64,000 bases of DNA from an uncultured bacterium (GTDB taxonomy: Bacteria; Verrucomicrobiota; Verrucomicrobiia; Limisphaerales; UBA8199). Positions 10,707 to 19,833 of this stretch are shown one piece after another. The notes under the pieces were generated by a model that worked only from the letters and a program-made list of their open reading frames with translations, was not told the DNA's origin and ran no database searches. Numbering within the stretch: the stretch's first letter is position 1; every line of letters begins with the position of its first letter. The stretch is from NCBI GenBank assembly GCA_963749495.1, contig CAVVMW010000019.1, forward strand, positions 1 through 64,000, read 5' to 3'. Made by a program: the position numbers and the translations under genes.

Positions 10707-10970
10707 TCAATCCTTCGCAAACCGCCAGACTAGAGCATCCGCGCCCACCAACGCGCACTTCTTCCCGCCCACCGACGGATACTTGGCTTCCTGCGCGAGG
10801 ACGACCACTCGGTCGCCGACTTGGATTGGTTCTGGCTGGCCTGCGTGAGCTGGCCCTGCCTCCCTGACCAGGCCAGAGTGGGCGGCGAGTGTAAGCGCCG
10901 GGTTGGCGGATGGCGGGTCCAGTTCCACGAGGAGGTCCAGGCCGTAAAGTTGGATCTTGGCTGCATTCAC
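10707..10970 (-). CDS. divergent GroES/Cpn10-like protein
   Basis: 87 aa with GroES pattern: LYGLDLLVEL, GLVREAGP, PIQVGDRVVV, VGGKKCALVGADALV; the mobile loop is short. Confidence 0.55.
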   Translation of the reverse strand: MNAAKIQLYGLDLLVELDPPSANPALTLAAHSGLVREAGPAHAGQPEPIQVGDRVVVLAQEAKYPSVGGKKCALVGADALVWRFAKD

Positions 10971-11135
10971 GGGTAGTCCTGGGTTGAGCGGTTTGCTCGT
11001 TGTGCTTTCTTTCGTTTACTTTTTCCACTGCCTGGGCGCACGCCCATGCTCCCGCTATAGAACCGGGGACCAAATCTCCTGCGGCAGGCGGCAGTGGCCG
11101 TGGATTGACTGGCCGATACGGGCAATGGGCAGACT

Positions 11136-13421
11136 CTAATGGGGCTGGCCCTGGCTCCCGTTCAGTCTGATGAGTTCGCAGGTGCTCAGGTAGTCCTTCA
11201 CCACTTCATCCAATTTGTCCTGCCGGGCCTGTGCGCCGGGCATCCGCTCGTAATGCTCGGCCATGCTCAGGGCGCTCAAGAGCAACGAGTAAATGGACGA
11301 CTGGACGCTGTAGTGCGGATACTTCGCCTGGTCGAAGTCGGGCGGCAACGACAAAGGCCCTCTCGCCGGTTCGAGTTCCTGGCTGGCGCTCTGGGGTTTG
11401 CTGCTTGGTTCATTCATAACTTTGGGCGTGGGGGGCGAGTGCCCGTCACCAGCTCGACCGTGATTCCCCGGAAGCCGATCTGGAATAGGACAAGGTTGGG
11501 GCTGACAGCGGATGGTTTTGTTGTTTTCGGCTTCAAATTGCTCCTGGTCGGACGCCGTTGCGGGCGCACCCGACCGACTTGGGGGAGGCATGACTCGTGG
11601 CGCTCGGCTGGAATCAGGCTGTAAGAGGTCCTTGAGTTGTCGTGGCGGGCGGAGCACGCCTCGTGGTCCAGTTCGCCTCCCGTGACCGCTGCCGGAGCCA
11701 CTGAGAGCAGGCGCACTTGCCTCACGGTGAACTCGGCGTCGAGTCTCGACATGGTCGGCCCTTTCCTTACGCGTGACGGCACCATCGCGTGCTCTGGCCT
11801 TGTGCCAGGCCGCGACCTGTATGGCATGGCGTTTACGCCAGTCGCGATGACGTTCAGGCTCCGACAGGACGCTGCCTTTGACGAACTTGTGGTTGCCCGC
11901 GACGTAACGTCGCCGGAGCATGTAGGTGTGGCTGCCGCGCTCATCCTCCAGAGTGTGGCGGGACATGGTGAACACGCGCTTGCTCCGTTCCGAGTAGCAG
12001 CGCAACTGCCCCAGGAACTCCACATAGGTCGGGTCGTCCCGGCGCAACCCTGGATGCCGGTGATACACCGAGGCAACCGCCTCGACGAGATCGACGGTCT
12101 TGTTTATGTATTGAATCCATCGGCGCAAGTCCTCGGGCGTGGGAATGACGGCGACCACGACATCGGCGTAGAGGCCGGGGCAGGTCTGCGCGAGAATCGA
12201 GTTGACCTCGTCCTGGATGAACTCAGCCATTCGCTGGGAATTGTGTTCGCAGCCGGAACTGCCCACGGCGTGCCAGTGCTGGTGCGAGGCGTAGGGCAGG
12301 AACTCGACGCTGTTCTCGACCCGGCCTCGAACGCCGTCGAGCCAGCCGTTTTTGACCAGTTTGCCCAGGACGCGCTGGACCGCTCCGAGGAAGCGGCGTA
12401 TGCGCTCCTCAACGGTCGAGTCACGCAACTGGTCGGACTCGAACGCGCCCGGATAACGGAACACCCGCGAGCAGCGGGACTCCCGATACACCATGGAATC
12501 AGGATTCTCCCAGCGCCAATCGCCAGGATTCAGGGTGCGCCCGACCGCCCTGGCATGGGCCGGGTCGCTGCGCGGCGCGACGTTAATGGCGAACCAGTTG
12601 ACGCCGCGATGGAAGGCCGACTCGTCATAGGCCGCGTAGAGGGTCTTGAGGCCGTCCGAAACGTTCAGGTAATTGCACAACTCACAATGATCGCCGTCCT
12701 GGCAGCGGCGCGAATACTCGAACTTGCCCTTTTTGATTTTGGGGAACAGCCCGCACTCGATGACGGAGTTGATCCAGCCGTAGGGGCCGTCAGATCCCCC
12801 GCCTCCGTCCGCAACCCCATCCATGTGGGCCAGTATGGCCAACGACTTGTCGATGGGGATGTGGTTTTCGTGGACCGCGACGTTGAAGTATGCCTTTTCG
12901 CCCTTGCGCGTCTCCCAGTGGATTTTGGCGTGGACCTTTTCGACGCGCTCGCGGAGCCAGGCAGGCAGATCATCACGCTTCGCAAACAACGTATCGAGGT
13001 CGTCGATCCGAACGTCCGCCAGGTCCACCGGCACCGCAGGTGCCTGCTGGACAGCCTCCAGGTCGGCCTGGGCGTTGATGTCCTCGATCTTGGCATGGAC
13101 CGCCCAGGCCCCCGCCTTGGCTGCCGCAACGCGGCAATCCGGCGAGCTGGCCATCGCCTCCACCTGCTTCTGGATGCGCCTGCGCTGGCGCTCGGCGTCC
13201 TGGCGGGCGAGTCGCTTGAGAGGGGCATCCAACTCCTCCAAATACCGTAGATGCGAAACGCCTGCGGCGGAAAGAGATTGGCGGCTGGCGCTCACGGACA
13301 GCGCCCTCCAGGACTGAGCACTGAAGCTGACGCCAGGCCACGCCCCGCTGTCGCTGTGCGACGAGCGGGCGCTGCCGCTACGCCGCTGGCAGCCGCGCTC
13401 GTGGTGCTGGCCGCTGGCCAC
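11136..13421 (-). CDS. putative rolling-circle replication initiator (HUH endonuclease); the last ~90 aa may be a separate gene
   Basis: In order: Cys cluster RCQDGDHCELC, motif I-like WFAINVAP, HUH motif SHQHWHAV and motif III WIQYINK. Confidence 0.6.
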   Translation of the reverse strand: MASGQHHERGCQRRSGSARSSHSDSGAWPGVSFSAQSWRALSVSASRQSLSAAGVSHLRYLEELDAPLKRLARQDAERQRRRIQKQVEAMASSPDCRVAAAKAGAWAVHAKIEDINAQADLEAVQQAPAVPVDLADVRIDDLDTLFAKRDDLPAWLRERVEKVHAKIHWETRKGEKAYFNVAVHENHIPIDKSLAILAHMDGVADGGGGSDGPYGWINSVIECGLFPKIKKGKFEYSRRCQDGDHCELCNYLNVSDGLKTLYAAYDESAFHRGVNWFAINVAPRSDPAHARAVGRTLNPGDWRWENPDSMVYRESRCSRVFRYPGAFESDQLRDSTVEERIRRFLGAVQRVLGKLVKNGWLDGVRGRVENSVEFLPYASHQHWHAVGSSGCEHNSQRMAEFIQDEVNSILAQTCPGLYADVVVAVIPTPEDLRRWIQYINKTVDLVEAVASVYHRHPGLRRDDPTYVEFLGQLRCYSERSKRVFTMSRHTLEDERGSHTYMLRRRYVAGNHKFVKGSVLSEPERHRDWRKRHAIQVAAWHKARARDGAVTRKERADHVETRRRVHREASAPALSGSGSGHGRRTGPRGVLRPPRQLKDLLQPDSSRAPRVMPPPSRSGAPATASDQEQFEAENNKTIRCQPQPCPIPDRLPGNHGRAGDGHSPPTPKVMNEPSSKPQSASQELEPARGPLSLPPDFDQAKYPHYSVQSSIYSLLLSALSMAEHYERMPGAQARQDKLDEVVKDYLSTCELIRLNGSQGQPH

Positions 13422-14123
13422 TTGTGTTCTCCACCTTTACGTAGTTGGCGGGTAAGCAGCGGTGGGCATGTGAGTTCCTTAACGATCAGGTTGACGCCCA
13501 AAGGACCGGTGAGATGGACATGGCGACCGCGCCGGAAAACGGTTGGAATGGCTGATGGACAGCCCCCTCCGATTTGGAGTGCGTCTCCGGCGCGGTCATT
13601 ATGTTCTGTCCATTGCATGGCTTCCAACGGCCACGGCAGCATGATGCCGCCATATTTACTGGGCTACAGAACGGGATTGCCTGGGCTGAGATTGAAGAGA
13701 AAGAGTCAACAAAAACTATTAGATCACGGCCAGGTCAGGTCACGCCAGTCGCGTCCTTGCGCAGGCTTAAACGTTGGAAGTTGGAGCTGACCTCGCTTTG
13801 ATAGCGCCGAGCTGGCGGTGCTTTGCGCTGGGGATTATCGTGCGGGCATGGGCGTGGCCAGCCGCCTGCGGCCAATAGCCGCGTGCCGTGGCGGGTCGGT
13901 CATCGCAGCCGCCGCCGATTTCCCGGAGACCCGATGAACGGCGGGGCCTCGGCAGAGAGCACGTCCACGAGACGGGTAGCCGTCAGCTCACATTCCTGCC
14001 GGGATTGGGCGCGTCCGCCTGGGCGCTGTCCTCCGGCGCGGACATCAGCCGGAAGCAGTTCAGCGCCGCCAGCCGGGCCGTGTTTGTGGCAGCCGCAGTG
14101 TGGCCGAGAGGGAGCAGGTAACA

Positions 14124-14141
14124 GAGAATGTAAACAAAATC
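14124..14141 (-). promoter_or_regulatory. operator-like palindrome copy 2 (GATTTTGTTTACATTCTC on the minus strand)
   Basis: Plus strand reads GAGAATGTAAACAAAATC. Confidence 0.5.
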
Positions 14142-14375
14142 TCCGTGGGCCAACCATCCCGATCTCCGCCGACACCTGCTCTGGGTCGCGGTCACCAAGC
14201 GCCCTCGCCCGCGCTTAATCGGGGCTGCCGTCGCCCTCCGCAATACGAAACGACATCTCCGGCTTGGAGCAGGTCTCCAGGATCTGGCCGAATTGGCAGC
14301 AGGGACAGGCCCTCCGTGAGGAGGTATTGGGAATGGAGCCTGCATTCAGAGCAGGAACGATTTGGAGCCTCGCTT

Positions 14376-14393
14376 ATTCTTGTTTACAAAATC
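14376..14393 (-). promoter_or_regulatory. operator-like palindrome copy 3
   Basis: Plus strand reads ATTCTTGTTTACAAAATC, 25 bp upstream of the ATG at 14419. Confidence 0.5.
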
Positions 14394-14418
14394 AATCTGC
14401 CAAGCTACTTGCTTCGGC

Positions 14419-14847
14419 ATGACCTGGAATGAGCTTACAATTCTGATTTCCGAATCCTGTGGTCAATTTCCTGAACCGCTGCTGCTCGCACTTCCCGTGC
14501 CAGAGGACAAGCCCCTGCGGCCAAATACATTTCTACAACAAGAAAAACAAACACGCGAAGCAGTTGACGCAACCGTGCGTAGGTTCTCAAGAGACAGAGT
14601 TTGGCCAGAAACAACCCCCATTGAGGGATATTTTCTAGCGCAGAGGTTGCATTTTGTTGGGCCATTTGTGAAGATTTTAGCTCTCTCCAAAAAGGGTGAA
14701 AAAGCGTGTATGTTTCCCAACACGCCGCCCGAAATTGCCGATGAAACGCAAATTGAATGGCTTTTGAATGATGCGTGGGCGGCTGTTGGCTTCTTTGAGT
14801 GGGAGCGGCGGCTGAATGCAGAATTGGCGCGGGAACTTTCTGAATGA
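14419..14847 (+). CDS. hypothetical protein in a low-GC patch
   Basis: 142-aa ORF MTWNELTILISES... in a visibly AT-richer segment. Confidence 0.55.
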   Translation: MTWNELTILISESCGQFPEPLLLALPVPEDKPLRPNTFLQQEKQTREAVDATVRRFSRDRVWPETTPIEGYFLAQRLHFVGPFVKILALSKKGEKACMFPNTPPEIADETQIEWLLNDAWAAVGFFEWERRLNAELARELSE

Positions 14848-15464
14848 TGTAATAGTCCCTGAGCATCCTTATTGACTCGTCCGACAGCGAATGCTTGGTT
14901 GCCAGATCAGCCAAGTGTTCCTCAAGGTATTGTTGCCTGTAATTCTCTGTGCTCATTGTCATAAATACATGGAATAAACCGAAAACTGGGGACGGTCTCT
15001 CTCCGACTCTTGCACTTGCAGGGTTTACTCATGCCACTATGGGGCCTTTCAAAGCCCGGTTGACTAATAGAGACCTGTGCTCGGCGATGAACTCGGCCCG
15101 CATCCTGGCACGTGGCGACCGGAGCCAAGCCCGCGCCGTCAAGGGCCAGGGCGTCTGATTGCGCAACGACCACCAGGGCGTCGAGTCACGCGCCATCGTC
15201 CTGACCGGGCGACTGGTTGGCCATCCTGACGAGGGTCCAAACTGGGCCAATCCAGGCCGACTTCAACGCCGAGGCCCGGCAACATCGAAGCGGTGCGCCG
15301 ACACCGCCATACGCTGCGGCGTGCGCCGGGCAGGGGCCTGCACGCCGCCCCCGACTCATGGGTGTCTGCGGAGGCCCCCATCCGGGACAAAGAGGTTCCG
15401 TTCGGCGCTGCGTGCCGCCAACTCGGCCAGCTCCAGGAGGCGGTGCGGTCCGTGCGCTTGGAGA

Positions 15465-15482
15465 GATTTTGTAAACATTATC
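15465..15482 (+). promoter_or_regulatory. operator-like palindrome copy 4 (GATTTTGTAAACATTATC)
   Basis: Exact 13-mer match to copies 1 and 3. Confidence 0.5.
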
Positions 15483-15801
15483 AATCCAATGCGCCTTGGA
15501 GCATGGCCGCAGTTCGCCACGGCGACCGTGCCGCCGACGCCTACGACCCCGACCGCCAGCTCGGATCAATGATGTGTCGGGCGATTATCCCGAGGCCCAC
15601 CGCACCAGCGCCCGGTTTCGGCTGAGCTGCTTGGACTTGCCGTTGTAGCCGATGGTCGGCAAAGGTGGACACCTGCAACCGTAGTCAGGGCGTCGAGCGC
15701 GGACACCCAGCTCGTCCAGGCGCGTGGCGACCGGACCACGGCTGGCCCTCAAAGGGGAAATCAGCGGGTTCTGGACGTTTTGAGCAGGTGTGGCGCGACG
15801 A

Positions 15802-17100
15802 TTACACGGTTGCCGCCACTGGCATCTGGATAATCTCCGCCGCTCCTGGGCGCATGTCGAACCAGGCTTGGGCCTGTGCCGTCGTGATACCTGCCGCCCG
15901 CGCCCAGTAATGGCGCTGCAACATGGCCAGGGAGTTACCCATCTGCGCTGTGGTCCTGGGCGCGTCTTTATGCAATGCCACGTGATACGAGGCGAAGGAG
16001 TGCCTCGGCACATTCTGTGACCACTCAACCCCGGCCTGTCGCGCCATGTCCGTAGCCACGCGGTCGATGCCCTTGGCGCTGGCACTGTATCTCACCGGCA
16101 GGACTGGCCCCCCTGGCTGGCGATAGCGCATGAGCCACTCTCTGAGCGCCGGGCAGATTTCGATGTTCCGAGCCACGCCGGTTTTGGCCTGGCTCGCCGG
16201 AAGGTAGAGCGTGCTCGATTCGGACTCCAGAGCGGCACCGATCTGGCTCCACGTGACCTTGGCTGCCTCCTCCTTTCGCAGGCCGCTGAGGCAGAGCAGA
16301 GCAGCAAAGGGCTTCAGGCTGTCCTCGACGCCGTTCAGGAGCTTCCGGCCCTGGTCCACCGTGAAGACGAGCACGTCCCCGGCCTTGATGCGATCCCGTT
16401 TCAGGACCTTGGCGTCTGCCGGGTTGACGCAGGCCCAGCCCCGCCGCACGGCCTCGCTATACAGCCGGGAGAGCACCTTGAAGAAGTCGTTGCGGCGAGC
16501 GGCACCCCAAGGCCGTCCACCGGCAAAGTCCTCGATCTCGACGGTGCCGACTTCGTGGAGGTTCCTGCCCCCAAACTGGCCACTGAACTGGCCCAGGAGG
16601 TCCACTTCGCTGGAGTAGCGCCGTCCGCTAACCTTGCCCTTCCGGGTGCCCAGGTAGCTCGCTACCGCTTCCTTGGTGCCCTTTGGCGTAAATGGGCCGG
16701 ACGGGCGGCTCTGTTTCCAGAAGCGAGCTGCCTCGACAAACTCGGACGGCGGACAGAAGGCGAGCGCGTCCACGAGGATCTGGCAGGCCCGATCCAACTT
16801 CAGCTCATGGGGCCGGAGCGCGTCGAGGGCATTCCTCAGTTCCCGTCCAGCCAGAGTAACCCGATCACCCTCACCTGCGGCTTGGGCCTTGGCCAGGCTT
16901 CGAGCGGCGTCCTTGGCCTTCTCAGAATCTGCAAAGGTCTTCTGCTTCCGCTGGCCGGTGCTGTGGTCGATAACTGAAAAGTAGATGTATTTGTGCCCGG
17001 CTTTGAGCTGACGACACCGGTAAACCGGGACGCACACGCTGCCGGACTTGGCGACAAAAAAAGCTCTTTTGCCCATACGCAGGTAGAACTGGATTCGCAA
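15802..17100 (-). CDS. tyrosine recombinase / phage integrase
   Basis: Catalytic pattern SGLRKEE (R), QAKTG (K), NVPRHSFASY, QMGNS and LQRHY (Y); N-terminal arm-binding-like domain. Confidence 0.9.
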   Translation of the reverse strand: MRIQFYLRMGKRAFFVAKSGSVCVPVYRCRQLKAGHKYIYFSVIDHSTGQRKQKTFADSEKAKDAARSLAKAQAAGEGDRVTLAGRELRNALDALRPHELKLDRACQILVDALAFCPPSEFVEAARFWKQSRPSGPFTPKGTKEAVASYLGTRKGKVSGRRYSSEVDLLGQFSGQFGGRNLHEVGTVEIEDFAGGRPWGAARRNDFFKVLSRLYSEAVRRGWACVNPADAKVLKRDRIKAGDVLVFTVDQGRKLLNGVEDSLKPFAALLCLSGLRKEEAAKVTWSQIGAALESESSTLYLPASQAKTGVARNIEICPALREWLMRYRQPGGPVLPVRYSASAKGIDRVATDMARQAGVEWSQNVPRHSFASYHVALHKDAPRTTAQMGNSLAMLQRHYWARAAGITTAQAQAWFDMRPGAAEIIQMPVAATV

Positions 17101-17116
17101 CCTGCGCTGGCCAACG

Positions 17117-17138
17117 GTGTTAGGAAAGTGCTAGGAAA
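17117..17138 (+). repeat. tandem 11-bp direct repeat GTGTTAGGAAA/GTGCTAGGAAA (candidate integrase arm-type sites)
   Basis: Lies directly upstream of the integrase start. Confidence 0.4.
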
Positions 17139-17300
17139 ATCGAATGGAAACCCCTTGACGCCCCAAAAACCCCTTAAAATTGAGGTTTCCTGGGCAACAA
17201 AAAGGCGCACCAACGGGGTGCGCCAAAATACACACGGTTCGCCCAGACAATACCACTGCCCCCTCAATTCGCAATCACTTCATCCGTCATCCGTCATTCG

Positions 17301-18815
17301 TCATTCGTCATTTCCCTTTCCCGCCGCCAACTCCTCCTCAAAATCCACAATCTCCCGGATCTGCACCAGGAACCACCGGTCGATCCGGGTGAGCTGGAAG
17401 ATTTCCTCGATGCTGAAACCGGCGCGCAGGGCGTGCCGGAGGAAGAAGACCCGTTCGCCGTTGGGGACGCTGAGCTTGCGCCGGATGAGATCGGCCGGGA
17501 GGATGTCCCGGTCCCCATAAACCCTTTCGCCAAAGCGCCAGGGGCGGCCATCGCCACCCAGTCCATAGCGGCCGATCTCCAGCGAGCGGAGGGCCTTCTG
17601 GAGCGATTCCTTGAAGGTCCGCCCGATAGCCATGGCCTCGCCCACACTCTTCATCTGCGTGTTGAGCGTCGGATCGGCCTGGGGGAATTTCTCGAAGGCA
17701 AAGCGGGGCACCTTGGTGACCACGTAGTCGATCGTCGGCTCGAAGCTGGCGGGCGTCTCGCGGGTGATGTCGTTCCTGATCTCATCGAGCCGGTAACCGA
17801 CCGCCAGCTTGGCCGCGATCTTCGCAATCGGGAACCCGGTCGCCTTGGAGGCCAGGGCCGACGAGCGCGACACGCGCGGGTTCATCTCGATGAGGACCAT
17901 CCGCCCGCTCTCCGGGTTCACCGCAAACTGGATGTTCGACCCGCCCGTCTCGACCCCAACCGCCCGAATGACCGCGAAGGCGGCGTCGCGCATAATCTGG
18001 TATTCCTTGTCCGTGAGCGTCTGGATCGGGGCGACCGTGATCGAGTCCCCGGTGTGGACGCCCATCGGATCGAAGTTCTCGATCGAGCAGATGATCACGC
18101 AGTTGTCCGCCCGGTCGCGCATCACCTCCATCTCGAACTCCTTCCAACCCAGCAGCGATTCCTCGATCAGGATCTCGGTCACCGGAGAGAGCTCCAGCCC
18201 GCGCTTGGCCATCTCGTCGAACTCCTCCCGGTTGTAGGCGATGCCCCCGCCGGTCCCGCCCAGGGTGAAGGCAGGGCGGATGATGAGCGGGAACCGCCCG
18301 ATGCGTTCGGACACCCCGCGCGCCTCCTCCAGGGCATGGGCCGTGCCGCTGATCGGCACGTCCAGCCCGATGCTGATCATCAGGTCTTTGAAGACCTGGC
18401 GGTCTTCCCCCCGCTCGATCGCCTTGGCGTTGGCGCCGATCATCTCGACGCCGTAGCGGTCGAGCACGCCGCTGCGGAACAGGGCCATGGCCGTGTTGAG
18501 GGCGGTCTGCCCGCCCAGGGTGGGCAGCAGCGCCAGTTTGCCCGCCGCCCCGAGCCGCTCCAGCTCCCCGGCCTCGCGCGAGATGATCTTCTCCACGCAC
18601 TCCGCCGTGATCGGCTCCAGGTAGGTCCGGTCGGCGAACTCCGGGTCGGTCATGATCGTGGCCGGGTTGGAGTTGACCAGGATGACGCGATAGCCCTCTT
18701 CCTTGAGCGCCTTGCAGGCCTGGGTGCCCGAGTAATCGAATTCGCAGGCCTGCCCGATGATAATCGGGCCGGCGCCGATGATGAGGACCGAGTGTATGTC
18801 AGTGCGCTTGGGCAT
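17301..18815 (-). CDS. carB: carbamoyl-phosphate synthase large subunit, N-terminal half only (504 aa)
   Basis: [35 protein letters not shown] and [23 protein letters not shown]; stops after [19 protein letters not shown]. Confidence 0.93.
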   Translation of the reverse strand: MPKRTDIHSVLIIGAGPIIIGQACEFDYSGTQACKALKEEGYRVILVNSNPATIMTDPEFADRTYLEPITAECVEKIISREAGELERLGAAGKLALLPTLGGQTALNTAMALFRSGVLDRYGVEMIGANAKAIERGEDRQVFKDLMISIGLDVPISGTAHALEEARGVSERIGRFPLIIRPAFTLGGTGGGIAYNREEFDEMAKRGLELSPVTEILIEESLLGWKEFEMEVMRDRADNCVIICSIENFDPMGVHTGDSITVAPIQTLTDKEYQIMRDAAFAVIRAVGVETGGSNIQFAVNPESGRMVLIEMNPRVSRSSALASKATGFPIAKIAAKLAVGYRLDEIRNDITRETPASFEPTIDYVVTKVPRFAFEKFPQADPTLNTQMKSVGEAMAIGRTFKESLQKALRSLEIGRYGLGGDGRPWRFGERVYGDRDILPADLIRRKLSVPNGERVFFLRHALRAGFSIEEIFQLTRIDRWFLVQIREIVDFEEELAAGKGNDE

Positions 18816-18885
18816 GCCACGTGCCGGGCATCAAACACTCTCACAGCGCCGATGGAAAGGCAAAAGTCGGATGGGTCGGACGCGT

Positions 18886-19058
18886 GGGCGCATCCTGACA
18901 CAGCCCCTGGAGTGCGCCCGTCCCCGGGCGCAGCAGCGACCGAGCGGGCAGGCGCGCCGGAGTGTTTGACCGCTGCCCTGGCTCCGGAAGTCGCTGCGCC
19001 CGAGGACGGGCGCACTCCGGTCCGGCCCCGGTCGTGGGGGTAGTGTCAGGATGCGCCT
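18886..19058. mobile_element. MITE-like element, GGGCGCATC...GATGCGCCT, carrying REP family A (18909-19018)
   Basis: Long terminal inverted repeat; 9-bp flanking duplication CGGACGCGT at 18877-18885 and 19059-19067. Confidence 0.75.
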
Positions 19059-19189
19059 CGGACGCGTCCGACGCGTCGGACAGGTCGGACGGGTCGGGCG
19101 CCCGCTGTGCCGGGTGTGTCCTGCACCCGCCCCAGCCTGCCTCCGAAATAGGGATTGAAAAAACAGGTAAGGCGGGTAAGAATTCCATC

Positions 19190-19441
19190 ATGAGTACCGT
19201 CACACTCTCGGTCAAGGGCCAATTGGTCATACCCCTCCGCTATCGGAATGCCTTACGCCTCCAACCCGGCGATAAGATTTCATTTTCACAAGAGGGTGAG
19301 ACGTTGATCCTGCGGCGCAATAGGCCGAGGCGTGCCCGCCTTGTCCGCGGCAGGTTCGGCCGGCCCGTTTTGGTCGCCCCAGAGGGAGCGCCAACCATGA
19401 CGCCGGACAGAGTCAAGGCCATCCTGGACGAAATCCCGTGA
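19190..19441 (+). CDS. AbrB/MazE-family antitoxin (VapB)
   Basis: MSTVTLSVKGQLVIPLRYRNALRLQPGDKI is the AbrB signature; overlaps the PIN gene. Confidence 0.85.
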   Translation: MSTVTLSVKGQLVIPLRYRNALRLQPGDKISFSQEGETLILRRNRPRRARLVRGRFGRPVLVAPEGAPTMTPDRVKAILDEIP

Positions 19442-19833
19442 GCCATCTGCTGGACGTAAATCTGTTGTTGGCCTGTGCCTGGTCGGGGCACCCCGATCAT
19501 GCCCGTGCCAATCGCTGGCTGGATTCGCTTGCCGAATTTGCCACCGCTCCGGTCACCCAGATGGGATTCCTGCGCGTGAGCATGAGTCCGGCCTATGGCG
19601 CTTCCTTTGCCGACGCCAGAACCGCGCTCTCTGCCATCCTCAGGTTGCGGGCGCACCGTTTCCTCACTGATGCAACCAGTGCGGACTCGCTGCCGGCCCT
19701 TTCGAGCGGCAGCGATGTAACCGATGCCCACCTGGTGCGGCTGGCCTCGGGCTTTGGACTGAAGCTTGCGACCCTGGACTTGAACCTCTGCAAAAAGGCC
19801 TGGTCCGCCGGCATCGCCGTAAATCCGTTATGA
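19438..19833 (+). CDS. vapC: PIN-domain toxin
   Basis: LLDVNLL, GFLRV, VTDAHL and LATLD PIN motifs. Confidence 0.85.
   Translation: MSHLLDVNLLLACAWSGHPDHARANRWLDSLAEFATAPVTQMGFLRVSMSPAYGASFADARTALSAILRLRAHRFLTDATSADSLPALSSGSDVTDAHLVRLASGFGLKLATLDLNLCKKAWSAGIAVNPL

Larger units (their letters stand above)
8975..17138 (-). mobile_element. integrated phage/plasmid-like module (integrase + HUH Rep + GroES-like + MTase); boundaries approximate
   Basis: Cluster of mostly minus-strand mobile-type genes between host-like genes, with repeated operator-like sites and tandem 11-mers next to the integrase. No att duplication found. Confidence 0.65.

Noticed and set aside
9830..15482. Repeated motif as a Verrucomicrobia LexA box
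   Set aside because: It does not match the TGTTC-N4-GAACA motif I recall for this phylum.
17140..17300. tRNA or att core beside the integrase
   Set aside because: No cloverleaf or T-loop, and no matching direct repeat found by eye in the window.
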